In this document: piece by piece, positions 45,787-54,178 of the stretch
How positions within the stretch are numbered: position 1 is the stretch's first letter
How the letters are laid out: the number at the start of each line of letters is the position of its first letter
Assembly: GCA_902608415.1 (NCBI GenBank)
Contig: CACLNZ010000004.1
Span: forward strand, 2,394 to 66,393
Source: an uncultured PS1 clade bacterium
GTDB lineage: Bacteria; Pseudomonadota; Alphaproteobacteria; MED-G09
Reading direction: 5' to 3'
DNA: 64,000 nt
Translations under genes and position numbers: made by a program
The notes under the pieces: generated by a model
What the model saw: the letters and a program-made list of their open reading frames with translations, nothing else
What the model was told of the DNA's origin: nothing
Database searches by the model: none

Positions 45787-47312
45787 TTTTTATCGCCAGA
45801 TCTTTTTACATTTTTTAGAGCATCTTCATATGAAAGGAAAACATTTATATTATTTTTATTTATATGCTTTTTAATTGTTTTATGCGTATTTCCTGGTCCA
45901 CAAGAGTGATTAGCATTTATTATTTTAGGATAATTTTTTAAGGCTAATTTAAAAGCTGATCCACTCATCCAATAGAAATGGCTCTTTTTATTTAAATCTT
46001 CAATCACATTAACTGGTTTTAATTCATAGGTAGCAATAGTACGGGCATTTTGTGGATCTTTATGTAATTTGAAATAATTCTTTGGCGTCAGATTATGAGT
46101 CAACTTCACCCATTTTTTATTTTTTGATAAACATTTAATTTTTGGATCCTCTTCCCCTAGGCTATCCGAAGAACCGTTTATCCAATAGCCTTTTTTGGCT
46201 AATTTTTTCCATGTTTTAACTCCACTTGTCCAGACCACATTTGTTGATTCAATATTTTGATCTCTTGGTAAAGCATTTTCTCTACTCACATAAATATTTG
46301 TATTTTTTAGTTTGTTAATTTTTTTTAAATTTTTATTAATTATTTTTCTGTCAAACAATTTGTACTTACTTATATTTGAAGGGAAAAAATTTGCTTCCGG
46401 AATATTTTTCCAATCAGTATTTTGATTTACGACCTCTCTTTTTTCAATTTTCAAACCCTCTTCAGTCTGGCCTTTTATAGTAAGAATTTTTCCAAAGAAT
46501 TTAGACTCAATGCTTACACCAATTTTTTGATGACAGCCTCCTCCATAATTTTGAAGAATCTCTCTCTCTTTTATAACCTGGGAAAATGTTTCAATGTGGT
46601 TAATTTTATTAATTAACTCAATAATATCTTTTCTTTTCGAATTTACCTCTACAGCAATTGCTCCTTGACCAGGAGCGCATGGATTTAAAGATAAAGGAAT
46701 AATCATCCATAACAAATCATCAAGATATGATTGTATTTTACCTGATACATCTTTATTTCCATATGAGATTAATCTATCAATCGCAGCTTTAGCAACAATT
46801 AACCCTTGGCAGTCTCCATTTAATAACTTTCTTAGTCTTGTAGGAATATTGCCTCTTACATCCTCAAAAGTTATCCTTTTTGGATTAAAAGGAAGCAAAG
46901 ATTCTAAGAAATTCGAAAAATTGTAAACTCTTCTAGGCGAGGAAGTAAGAATTCTTAATTCTTTATTATTGTAGTTTTCAAATATGTCTTTTTTTAGGAA
47001 TAAAATATCTCTTGAATCAGCGCGCTCAAGCATAGAAACTATTAATGTATCCTTTTGATCTTCAATTGGGAGATCTTTAAGAGAATGAACTGCTAAATCA
47101 GCCTCATTATTTAAAAGTGATTCCCTAATATCATTAGTGAATACACCAATATTAGATAACTTACTTAATGATGTTAACTGATCAATATCCCCCTCTGTTT
47201 CCTTTTTAATAAAAGATATAGAAATATTTTTATCAGCTTGCTTTAAGGCTTTAGCAACAATCTCAGCCTGAATAACAGCTAAGTCACTTTTTCTAGAGAT
47301 AATTTTAATCAT
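45783..47312 (-). CDS. hemC: Porphobilinogen deaminase with a C-terminal extension of about 200 aa (candidate fused uroporphyrinogen-III synthase)
   Basis: The N-terminal ~300 aa is colinear with HemC ('SRKSDLAVIQA', 'AVHSLKDLP', 'RGNIPTRLRKL', 'APGQGAIAVE', cofactor Cys in 'GGGCHQKIG'). The remaining ~200 aa has a weak HemD-like pattern ('HFYWMSGSAF', 'SCGPGNTHKTI'). Confidence 0.8.
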   Translation of the reverse strand: MIKIISRKSDLAVIQAEIVAKALKQADKNISISFIKKETEGDIDQLTSLSKLSNIGVFTNDIRESLLNNEADLAVHSLKDLPIEDQKDTLIVSMLERADSRDILFLKKDIFENYNNKELRILTSSPRRVYNFSNFLESLLPFNPKRITFEDVRGNIPTRLRKLLNGDCQGLIVAKAAIDRLISYGNKDVSGKIQSYLDDLLWMIIPLSLNPCAPGQGAIAVEVNSKRKDIIELINKINHIETFSQVIKEREILQNYGGGCHQKIGVSIESKFFGKILTIKGQTEEGLKIEKREVVNQNTDWKNIPEANFFPSNISKYKLFDRKIINKNLKKINKLKNTNIYVSRENALPRDQNIESTNVVWTSGVKTWKKLAKKGYWINGSSDSLGEEDPKIKCLSKNKKWVKLTHNLTPKNYFKLHKDPQNARTIATYELKPVNVIEDLNKKSHFYWMSGSAFKLALKNYPKIINANHSCGPGNTHKTIKKHINKNNINVFLSYEDALKNVKRSGDKK

Positions 47313-47466
47313 TATTATATTTTTATAGTTTATTTATTGCTTATTTTAACTAATTTGTTACTACTATGCGACATATTGTCTAAAGAAAATAAAATAATAT
47401 TATTTTTGTTATTTATATTTATAAAGATGGGTGCTAATCCTATTTAACGCATAAAGGGGACAAGCT

Positions 47467-48702
47467 TTGGACTACGATAAATTTTTTGAAGATGAACTTA
47501 AAACTCTTAAAGATGAAGGTTTGTATAGAACCTTTAGATCAATTGACAGAGTTCAAAATATGTTTCCTAAAGCCCTTGAAACCGTCGATGGTAATGATAG
47601 AGAAGTCGAAATATGGTGTTCAAATGATTATTTAAATATGAGTCAGAATCCTGAAGTTTTAGACTCCTGTATTAATGTAATCAATAAATTGGGAACTGGC
47701 TCGGGTGGAACTAGAAATATTTCTGGAACATCTTCTTATCATGTAAAATTAGAACAAACATTAGCAGAGTTACATAATAAAGAAGCGGCATTGGTTTTTC
47801 CTTCTGCTTATACCGCTAATCAAGCTACAATTGCTACCTTATGCAGAAACATTGAAGGTATTGAAATTTTTTCTGATAGGTTGAATCATGCTTCTCTTAT
47901 TGAAGGCATTAGAAACAGTAAAGCGCAATATCATATTTTTGAACATAACGATATGGATCATCTTTCAAGTTTACTTCAAGCAACTGATATTGATGCTCCA
48001 AAATTAATTATTTGTGAATCAATCTATTCTATGGAAGGCATTAGATCGCCATTAAAAGAGATTGTCTGTTTAGCTAAGCAATATAATGCAATAACATATC
48101 TGGATGAAGTGCATTCCGTTGGCTTGTATGGGAATGAAGGAAGAGGAATTGCAGAAGAATTAGGATTAAGTGATCAGATAGATATTATCAATGGCACATT
48201 ATCAAAATCCTTTGGTCAATTAGGTGGTTATGTTGCTGCTAACGCAAATATCATTGATTATATCAGAAGTTTCGCATCTGGTTTTATTTTTACATCATCA
48301 ATAAATCCTTCAATTGCAGCAGCATCAATAAAAAGTATTGAACTAAGTAAGGAATCTGAAACCTTAAGATTAAGAATTAGAAGAAATTCAAAATTTATTA
48401 GAGAAGGTTTAAAATCAATTCAAGTCCCATTCATTGATAATGATAGCCATATTGTTCCAATCCTTGTTAAAGGTCCTTTAGAGTGTAAACAAATATCAAA
48501 ATTGCTTTTAGATAAATTTGGAATTTACATTCAACCAGTTTTTTATCCAACTGTTCCTAAAGGTGATGAAAGATTAAGGGTAACAATAACACCAAAACAT
48601 TCTAAGAAAGATATTCAGAGTTTTGTTAATTCTATTGATGAAGCATGGAATATTCTTGGTTTTGACAGAGTTGAAGAGCAAATAATTCATAACCAAATAT
48701 AA
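47467..48702 (+). CDS. hemA: 5-aminolevulinate synthase
   Basis: TTG start after AAGGGGA. 'MDYDKFFEDELKTLKDEGLYRTF', 'WCSNDYLNMS', 'GGTRNISG', 'DEVHSVGLYG', PLP-Lys in 'GTLSKSFG'. Confidence 0.93.
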   Translation: MDYDKFFEDELKTLKDEGLYRTFRSIDRVQNMFPKALETVDGNDREVEIWCSNDYLNMSQNPEVLDSCINVINKLGTGSGGTRNISGTSSYHVKLEQTLAELHNKEAALVFPSAYTANQATIATLCRNIEGIEIFSDRLNHASLIEGIRNSKAQYHIFEHNDMDHLSSLLQATDIDAPKLIICESIYSMEGIRSPLKEIVCLAKQYNAITYLDEVHSVGLYGNEGRGIAEELGLSDQIDIINGTLSKSFGQLGGYVAANANIIDYIRSFASGFIFTSSINPSIAAASIKSIELSKESETLRLRIRRNSKFIREGLKSIQVPFIDNDSHIVPILVKGPLECKQISKLLLDKFGIYIQPVFYPTVPKGDERLRVTITPKHSKKDIQSFVNSIDEAWNILGFDRVEEQIIHNQI

Positions 48703-48802
48703 TAAGGGCCAAAGAAAAATCCTTGACCCTTATCTTTAGTGAAAGTTTCCTCTCACACAATCTAGCATTCTTAACTTAGGGGGAAGAGATATAGCTAGAC
48801 AA

Positions 48803-49267
48803 TTAGTTTACTGCATATTCTTTTGTATTTAATTCCTGATAAAAAATGTTTTCATTTACATCGCTTTTAATAATCAAATTATTTTTGAAGAAATTTTCAG
48901 CTACACTGTTAGCAGCACTAATAAAGTGCGAAGAATCACCTTCAAAAAAGAATTTAGAAAATATTATATTGAGCTCTTCATCATCACCTCTTTGAGCAAG
49001 TCTAATTATTTTAATTAATAATTCCTCTGCAACACCAGTAACTGGAGTTTGATAATTTGGTGATAATTTAGATTTGGTCATATGAGCTACAGCCATCATT
49101 ACTGAATGAAAATCTCTAATAGAGTTAGATAAATTAGCAGATTTAAAAACATCTCTTAAAAGAATTAGAGGGGTATTACATCTAAACATATGAGCTTTGA
49201 ACCAGAATCTTGAGCTTACTACTAAAAGATTTTCAGTGGATGTCAAATCTCGCAAATGTCTAGTCAT
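48803..49267 (-). CDS. Hypothetical protein (154 aa) downstream of the siderophore-type receptor
   Basis: ORF with a good Shine-Dalgarno (GAGGGG 5 nt before the ATG). No TM segments and no family I recognise. Confidence 0.55.
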   Translation of the reverse strand: MTRHLRDLTSTENLLVVSSRFWFKAHMFRCNTPLILLRDVFKSANLSNSIRDFHSVMMAVAHMTKSKLSPNYQTPVTGVAEELLIKIIRLAQRGDDEELNIIFSKFFFEGDSSHFISAANSVAENFFKNNLIIKSDVNENIFYQELNTKEYAVN

Positions 49268-49283
49268 CGTACCCCTCTTCTTA

Positions 49284-49319
49284 CTGTCTACATAGATGCC
49301 CTAATAACTATGCAGACAG
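49284..49319 (-). other. Intercistronic 12-bp stem-loop between the receptor gene and the 154-aa ORF
   Basis: CTGTCTACATAG (49284-49295) pairs with CTATGCAGACAG (49308-49319) around a 12-nt loop. On the minus-strand RNA every position pairs (one G-U). No U-tract follows. Confidence 0.6.
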
Positions 49320-49333
49320 ATTGTTCATAAAAG

Positions 49334-51394
49334 TTAGAATGTTTTCCTTAGTGAAATACGAGCATTCAAAGGCTCACCTACTGATGCTTGGTGAGTACTG
49401 TGAGAATGTGGGAAATAAAGTTCATCTGTCACATTTTCAACATTTAATTGAATACTTAGATCATCAGCTAGGTCATAATATGCTGCAAAATCTACTCTAG
49501 TATAATCAGGAAGTATTAAGCCTGGTTTATCATTTTTAATATTTGACTCACCCTGTGCTGTAACTCCAAAACCTATACCAAAGCGATCATTAACTTCATA
49601 TGTCGCCCATAGAGAAGCCGTATATTCTGGTATTTCTCTTGGTTCGCCGCCTTTAGCTGTCTCGCCATCAAGATCACTATAACCTATAGCTAACGATAGT
49701 TTTTCTGTAACTTGTCCTTTAAGTTCAAGCTCAATACCATCAACTTGTAGACCAACAATCTCAGAATTTTCTCCTGTATCGCTGTCGCGAGTAGCTACTG
49801 TTTGCTCACTATCGAAGTAACTAGCAGTAAAGCTTAATCCAGGTCTGATATCCCACTTTACTCCAATTTCAGTGCTTTCATACACATCTGGATCTAATCT
49901 AGCAGCGTTTGCGTCAAGTTTTTTGAACTGCTCACCAGATCGTGGAAGAAAGCTTTCAGCATAACTTACATAAAGAGATACATTTTCTTGTGGTTTAAAT
50001 ATCAAACCAGCTCTTGGTGAAAATTCTTCGTCCTCTCTAGTCTCAGAAGTTCCTTTTTTAACGTCTTTTACAGTAATATCAAAGTTATCAAATCGACCGC
50101 CTAATAATATCTTAAATTTATCAGTCACATCAATCTGATCTTGAATGTAAATAGAAGTTACTTCAATATCTGACTCAGTTTTACTTTTTAGATCTGCGGT
50201 AAAGTCGTTATAAGTTCTGACACCAGCCGCATTTACTCCAAAGTTTATTGGTCTAGTGATATTGAATACTTCATTATCATCTTCTGTAGTGATAAAGAAT
50301 GTGTTGTAACGATAGTTTTCATTTTCAGTATCAATAATTTCAGCTCCAACTAATAGAGTATGTTTTACTGATCCAGTTTGAAATTCATTAACAATGTTAC
50401 CAGAAATTATTAAATTAGTTCTTTCTGTAGGGTCTTTATAACCATCCGCTGTAAATGTGTCTCCACCTGAGTAACCTGATGCGTAATAATTTTTATACAT
50501 TTTTGCAAAATCACTGTACTGAACAACAAGATTACCTTTTCTATTGTCAGAAAACTCATGACTTAAATTTGCGCGATAAATGTCAGCTCTAAGTGTTGTT
50601 AAGTTGGTATCAGTGTCACCAAAAACTATTTCTTCAAAAGCTTCAACTGGTTCTCCATTAAGTGTAGGTACACCACGATCAATAAATCTTTCATGATCAG
50701 CGTGTTCATAAGATAAATCTAATGTTGTTACAGGACTAAGCTCTAGTCTTAAAGTTGGATTAAATCCATAACGATCGCCATCATAATAATCTCTGTGATT
50801 TTCTAAAGTGTCACTATGAAAGTTAATTCTTAAAGCAGATTTTTCACCAGTAGATACATTATAATCCACAGCAAAATCAAATGCTCCAAAAGAGTCAGCG
50901 CCCATATCAAATGAACCAAACTGCTCATCTAAGACAGCTTTTTTAGTTACTCTGTTAATGATACCACCTGTACCACCACGCCCAAATAAAAGAGCATTGG
51001 GTCCTCTTAGAATTTCAACTTGCTCTAGGTTATATAATGAACGGTAATACTGAACATCATCCCTTACGCCATCAAGATAAAAATCTGCAGTAGACCTTAC
51101 ACCTCTAAAGACGATAGAATCACGGTGACCTTCACCTTGAGATGTATTAACACCTGGAGTATAGCGAACGATATCACCAAGCTCTCTAAAACCTTGTTTA
51201 CGAATTTCATCATCCGTAACAATTGATAGAGTTTGTGGAACATCAATAATCGGAACAGGTGTTTTTAGTGCAGTAACCTGATCTGAATAAAGTACTTTAC
51301 CCTTAACAACAATTTCTTCTACATCCTGTGAAAATGAAGAAGTATTTGATGCAATTAGAGCAAAAGCAAAAGTACATAAAAATAATTTTTTCAT
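49334..51394 (-). CDS. TonB-dependent siderophore-type receptor
   Basis: Signal peptide, 'EEIVVKGK' TonB box, 'VPQTLSIVTDDEIRKQG', 'VEILRGPNALLFGRGGTGGIINRVTKK', terminal '...LRKTF'. ATG 51394 follows GGGGAGA; the track start at 51409 is a TTG. Confidence 0.9.
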   Translation of the reverse strand: MKKLFLCTFAFALIASNTSSFSQDVEEIVVKGKVLYSDQVTALKTPVPIIDVPQTLSIVTDDEIRKQGFRELGDIVRYTPGVNTSQGEGHRDSIVFRGVRSTADFYLDGVRDDVQYYRSLYNLEQVEILRGPNALLFGRGGTGGIINRVTKKAVLDEQFGSFDMGADSFGAFDFAVDYNVSTGEKSALRINFHSDTLENHRDYYDGDRYGFNPTLRLELSPVTTLDLSYEHADHERFIDRGVPTLNGEPVEAFEEIVFGDTDTNLTTLRADIYRANLSHEFSDNRKGNLVVQYSDFAKMYKNYYASGYSGGDTFTADGYKDPTERTNLIISGNIVNEFQTGSVKHTLLVGAEIIDTENENYRYNTFFITTEDDNEVFNITRPINFGVNAAGVRTYNDFTADLKSKTESDIEVTSIYIQDQIDVTDKFKILLGGRFDNFDITVKDVKKGTSETREDEEFSPRAGLIFKPQENVSLYVSYAESFLPRSGEQFKKLDANAARLDPDVYESTEIGVKWDIRPGLSFTASYFDSEQTVATRDSDTGENSEIVGLQVDGIELELKGQVTEKLSLAIGYSDLDGETAKGGEPREIPEYTASLWATYEVNDRFGIGFGVTAQGESNIKNDKPGLILPDYTRVDFAAYYDLADDLSIQLNVENVTDELYFPHSHSTHQASVGEPLNARISLRKTF

Positions 51395-51431
51395 TGGTTT
51401 TCTCCCCAAAAAATTAAAATATAATTTTGTT

Positions 51432-51481
51432 ATTAATAATCATTCGCAATTACTAACGCAATTAATAATCAATTGCAACTA
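51432..51481 (-). promoter_or_regulatory. Two 21-nt direct repeats with Fur-box-like cores upstream of the receptor gene
   Basis: ATTAATAATCATTCGCAATTA (51432-51452) and ATTAATAATCAATTGCAACTA (51461-51481) are 18/21 identical. The reverse complement of the first contains AATGATTATTAAT, identical to the 13-mer at 52091-52103. Confidence 0.5.
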
Positions 51482-51486
51482 GAAAA

Positions 51487-52035
51487 TTACCTTCTTTTTG
51501 AATTTGCAATCTTTTTGAAATTAAGATTCTTATATTTATACGAAACTGGCATAATTAAAGGATAATTAGCTTCATCTACCCAATCATAATGATATCCTAT
51601 TATTCCGTCTTTTGGAGGATATATAAAAAATTCTATATCATAACTATCATCAATTTTTCCTGGTAATTTAATATTTGAAGCGTAATGAAAATTATCAGAC
51701 ATATTAAGATGAGGAGTTAATAAGAATTTTTCTTTAATATCATTTCTTATGTTTATAACAAGAGCTTCTACTTCTAAATAGGGAATAAAACCTCCAATAG
51801 GTGATCCAATGGGTGATTTTTCAGACCAATTAATTAATGCTTCTAGATGAACATCTGTTAACTGTTGGTCTAAAAAGAATTTACCTGGTTCAATTTCATC
51901 TTTTATTGCACCCTCAAAAACAATATCTATTCCCGGTTCAATTGTTTCCTTACCTATTATCATTTCGTTTGAGTAAATAGAATCGTTAATAAAAAAACTA
52001 ACTATAAAAACTATTATTTTTATGGATGTATTCAT
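51487..52035 (-). CDS. Periplasmic P19/FetP-like iron(copper)-binding protein of FTR1-type iron uptake systems
   Basis: Signal peptide. 'TDVHLEALI', 'GGFIPYLEV', 'LNMSDNFHYASNIKLPG' and 'YDIEFFIYPP' parallel the P19 pattern (DiHLEAdIH / PYL / PMvAsDGpHYG.N). Confidence 0.7.
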   Translation of the reverse strand: MNTSIKIIVFIVSFFINDSIYSNEMIIGKETIEPGIDIVFEGAIKDEIEPGKFFLDQQLTDVHLEALINWSEKSPIGSPIGGFIPYLEVEALVINIRNDIKEKFLLTPHLNMSDNFHYASNIKLPGKIDDSYDIEFFIYPPKDGIIGYHYDWVDEANYPLIMPVSYKYKNLNFKKIANSKRR

Positions 52036-52087
52036 AAAACTTTCATATTTTATTAGTTGATTAAAAACGCTAACTAAATTATTTAGT

Positions 52088-52106
52088 GATAATGATTATT
52101 AATAGC
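52088..52106. promoter_or_regulatory. Fur-box-like operator in the divergent P19 / FTR1 promoter region
   Basis: GATAATGATTATTAATAGC matches the GATAATGATAATCATTATC consensus at 15 of 19 positions by hand alignment. Confidence 0.5.
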
Positions 52107-52126
52107 AATAAATTAATGAGAGAAAA

Positions 52127-53011
52127 ATGAACGAATTTATAATTACTTTTAGAGAATGTTTAGAAGCATCTCTAATAATTGGAATTATTTATACAATTTT
52201 AGATAAAAATAACTTAACCGCTGAGAAGAGAGTTCTTTGGTACGGTGTTGCTGCTTCATTATTTGCAAGCGCTATTGTTGGCTTCCTTCTTACATCTATA
52301 AATGAAAGTGTCGGCAATACTTCTTATGAAAAACTTTTCGAAGCTATTTTCATGTATATAACTGCTGGTATCCTATTTTATGTTATTTTTTGGTTGGCAA
52401 AACATGTTAGTGATCGCAAAGAGATAGAAAATTCAGTTAAAAATGCTATAGCCGGTTCAGGTTTTGCCCTTTTTCTTTTAGTCTTCTTTTCAATTTTAAG
52501 GGAAGGTTTTGAAACCGCTTTATTTCTTATTGCTAGTGTTACAAATACTGGAAGTTTCTCTTATTTAGGTTTTTTCATAGGTGCAATATTGGCTATTTTC
52601 ATTGGTTATGCAGTTGTAGTACAAGGAAAGAAAGTGAATCTAAGATCGTTTTTCAAAGCTACAACTCTATTACTAGTTTTATTTGCCTCTGGAATGATTG
52701 CATATGGAACACATGAAGTTGAATCTTACTTAGTTAAAAATGAAACAATTGATAAAAATAATATACCAAGAGTTTGGAATATCCTTCAGCCAAAATCTTC
52801 ATTGGATAATAATGAAAATGAATTATTTTATACCTATGATGAATCCAAAGGTGAATATTACCATTTGCTGCATGATAAAGGGAATGTAGGTGTATTCATG
52901 AAGGGTTTCTTTGGGTACAACAGTGATCCAAATTATGTAGAACTAATATTGTGGATTCTTTCAATGTTATTTGGGATAAGGATGTGGTCGTCATTTTATA
53001 GGGCTAGTTGA
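52127..53011 (+). CDS. FTR1/EfeU-family high-affinity iron permease
   Basis: Two REXXE motifs in TM segments ('FRECLEASL', 'LREGFETALF'); about 7 TM. Confidence 0.85.
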   Translation: MNEFIITFRECLEASLIIGIIYTILDKNNLTAEKRVLWYGVAASLFASAIVGFLLTSINESVGNTSYEKLFEAIFMYITAGILFYVIFWLAKHVSDRKEIENSVKNAIAGSGFALFLLVFFSILREGFETALFLIASVTNTGSFSYLGFFIGAILAIFIGYAVVVQGKKVNLRSFFKATTLLLVLFASGMIAYGTHEVESYLVKNETIDKNNIPRVWNILQPKSSLDNNENELFYTYDESKGEYYHLLHDKGNVGVFMKGFFGYNSDPNYVELILWILSMLFGIRMWSSFYRAS

Positions 53012-53112
53012 ATACCTCTATAAACAATAGTTGTTACAACTATAAAAAAACTTACAATTATCATTAAGCCAAGAATAATTACGATTAACATTAATATAAT
53101 GGTATATCTATC

Positions 53113-54141
53113 ATGTTGCTTAAAGAGTTTCATGCTATGCCGCCCAAAAAAGAAACAATAACATATAAAGTATCTATTGAGGAATTAGGTTTGAGACTTG
53201 ATCAATTTTTATCAAATAATATTTCTAATTTAAGTCGATCAAGAATAAAGCATCTAATAAATGAGGGTAATGTATTTAAAGTTTATGACAATAGACATAT
53301 ACCCATAGAGGATCCTTCTAAAAAGGTAGCTTCAGCTGAAAATTATTATATTAATATTCCAGAGCCAATCGATCCAAAACCTATAGCTCAAGAAATTCCT
53401 CTTGAAATTATTCACGAAGATAAAGATTTAATTGTCATTAATAAACCTATTGGGCTTGTTGTGCACCCTGCCCCAGGAAATTATAATAATACTTTAGTAA
53501 ATGCATTAATTGCACATTGTGGTGAGAGTTTATCTGGTATAGGAGGTGAAAAAAAACCTGGTATAGTTCATAGGCTTGATAAAGATACAAGTGGTATCAT
53601 GGTAATAGCCAAAAATAATAATACTCATGAAAGTTTATCAGAACAATTTGCCAGTCATGGTAGAGATGGAAAATTAATAAGATCCTATAAAGCATTAGTT
53701 TGGGGTATTCCAAATATTCAATCAGGAAAAATTGAAACTTTTATAGGAAGATCAAAAAAAAATAGAAAAAAAATGGCTGTTTATAAAGAAGAAAAAAAAG
53801 GAAGAAGATTTGCCATTACACATTGGAAAAGAATTAAGTTTAATAAAGAATTAGATATTTCTAAAATCCAATGTAATTTAGAAACAGGAAGAACACATCA
53901 AATAAGAGTTCATCTAACACATATAGGTCTTCCAGTTATTGGTGATCAAGTTTATGGCACTGGGTTTAAATCAAAAATAAATAAATACGATGATGTAATT
54001 AGAAATATTTTATTAAATGCTTCAAACAGACAATCCTTGCACGCATATAAATTAGGATTTGAACACCCAACATCAAAGAAAAATATGCTCTTTGAAACCA
54101 ATTTACCCCGTGCTATGCAAGAAGTATCGGATATACTTTAA
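53113..54141 (+). CDS. rluD: RluA-family 23S rRNA pseudouridine synthase (RluD-like)
   Basis: S4 domain 'RLDQFLSNNISNLSRSRIKHLINEGNV', catalytic 'HRLDKDTSG', 'GRTHQIRVHL'. The true start may be the internal ATG at 53137. Confidence 0.8.
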   Translation: MLLKEFHAMPPKKETITYKVSIEELGLRLDQFLSNNISNLSRSRIKHLINEGNVFKVYDNRHIPIEDPSKKVASAENYYINIPEPIDPKPIAQEIPLEIIHEDKDLIVINKPIGLVVHPAPGNYNNTLVNALIAHCGESLSGIGGEKKPGIVHRLDKDTSGIMVIAKNNNTHESLSEQFASHGRDGKLIRSYKALVWGIPNIQSGKIETFIGRSKKNRKKMAVYKEEKKGRRFAITHWKRIKFNKELDISKIQCNLETGRTHQIRVHLTHIGLPVIGDQVYGTGFKSKINKYDDVIRNILLNASNRQSLHAYKLGFEHPTSKKNMLFETNLPRAMQEVSDIL

Positions 54142-54178
54142 TTTGCATCGAATCATACCCATATGCTATTAGAGTGTT

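Noticed and set aside
47313-47466. Irr/ICE-box (TTTAGAA-N3-TTCTAAA) upstream of hemA.
   Set aside because: Only a single half-site-like 'GTCTAAAG' is present. There is no dyad, so it cannot be distinguished from AT-rich background.
48703-48740. Imperfect hairpin TAAGGGCCAA / TTGACCCTTA right after hemA, considered as a terminator.
   Set aside because: There is one internal mismatch and no U-tract, so the evidence is too weak. The 100-nt convergent spacer 48703-48802 remains unexplained, but I could see no convincing structure in it.
53027-53043. 17-bp palindrome ATAGTTGT-T-ACAACTAT after the FTR1 gene, considered as a terminator.
   Set aside because: On the plus strand it is followed by an A-run rather than a T-run, and the loop would be only 1-5 nt. 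It could be a protein site or chance in AT-rich DNA, so it is not reported as a terminator.
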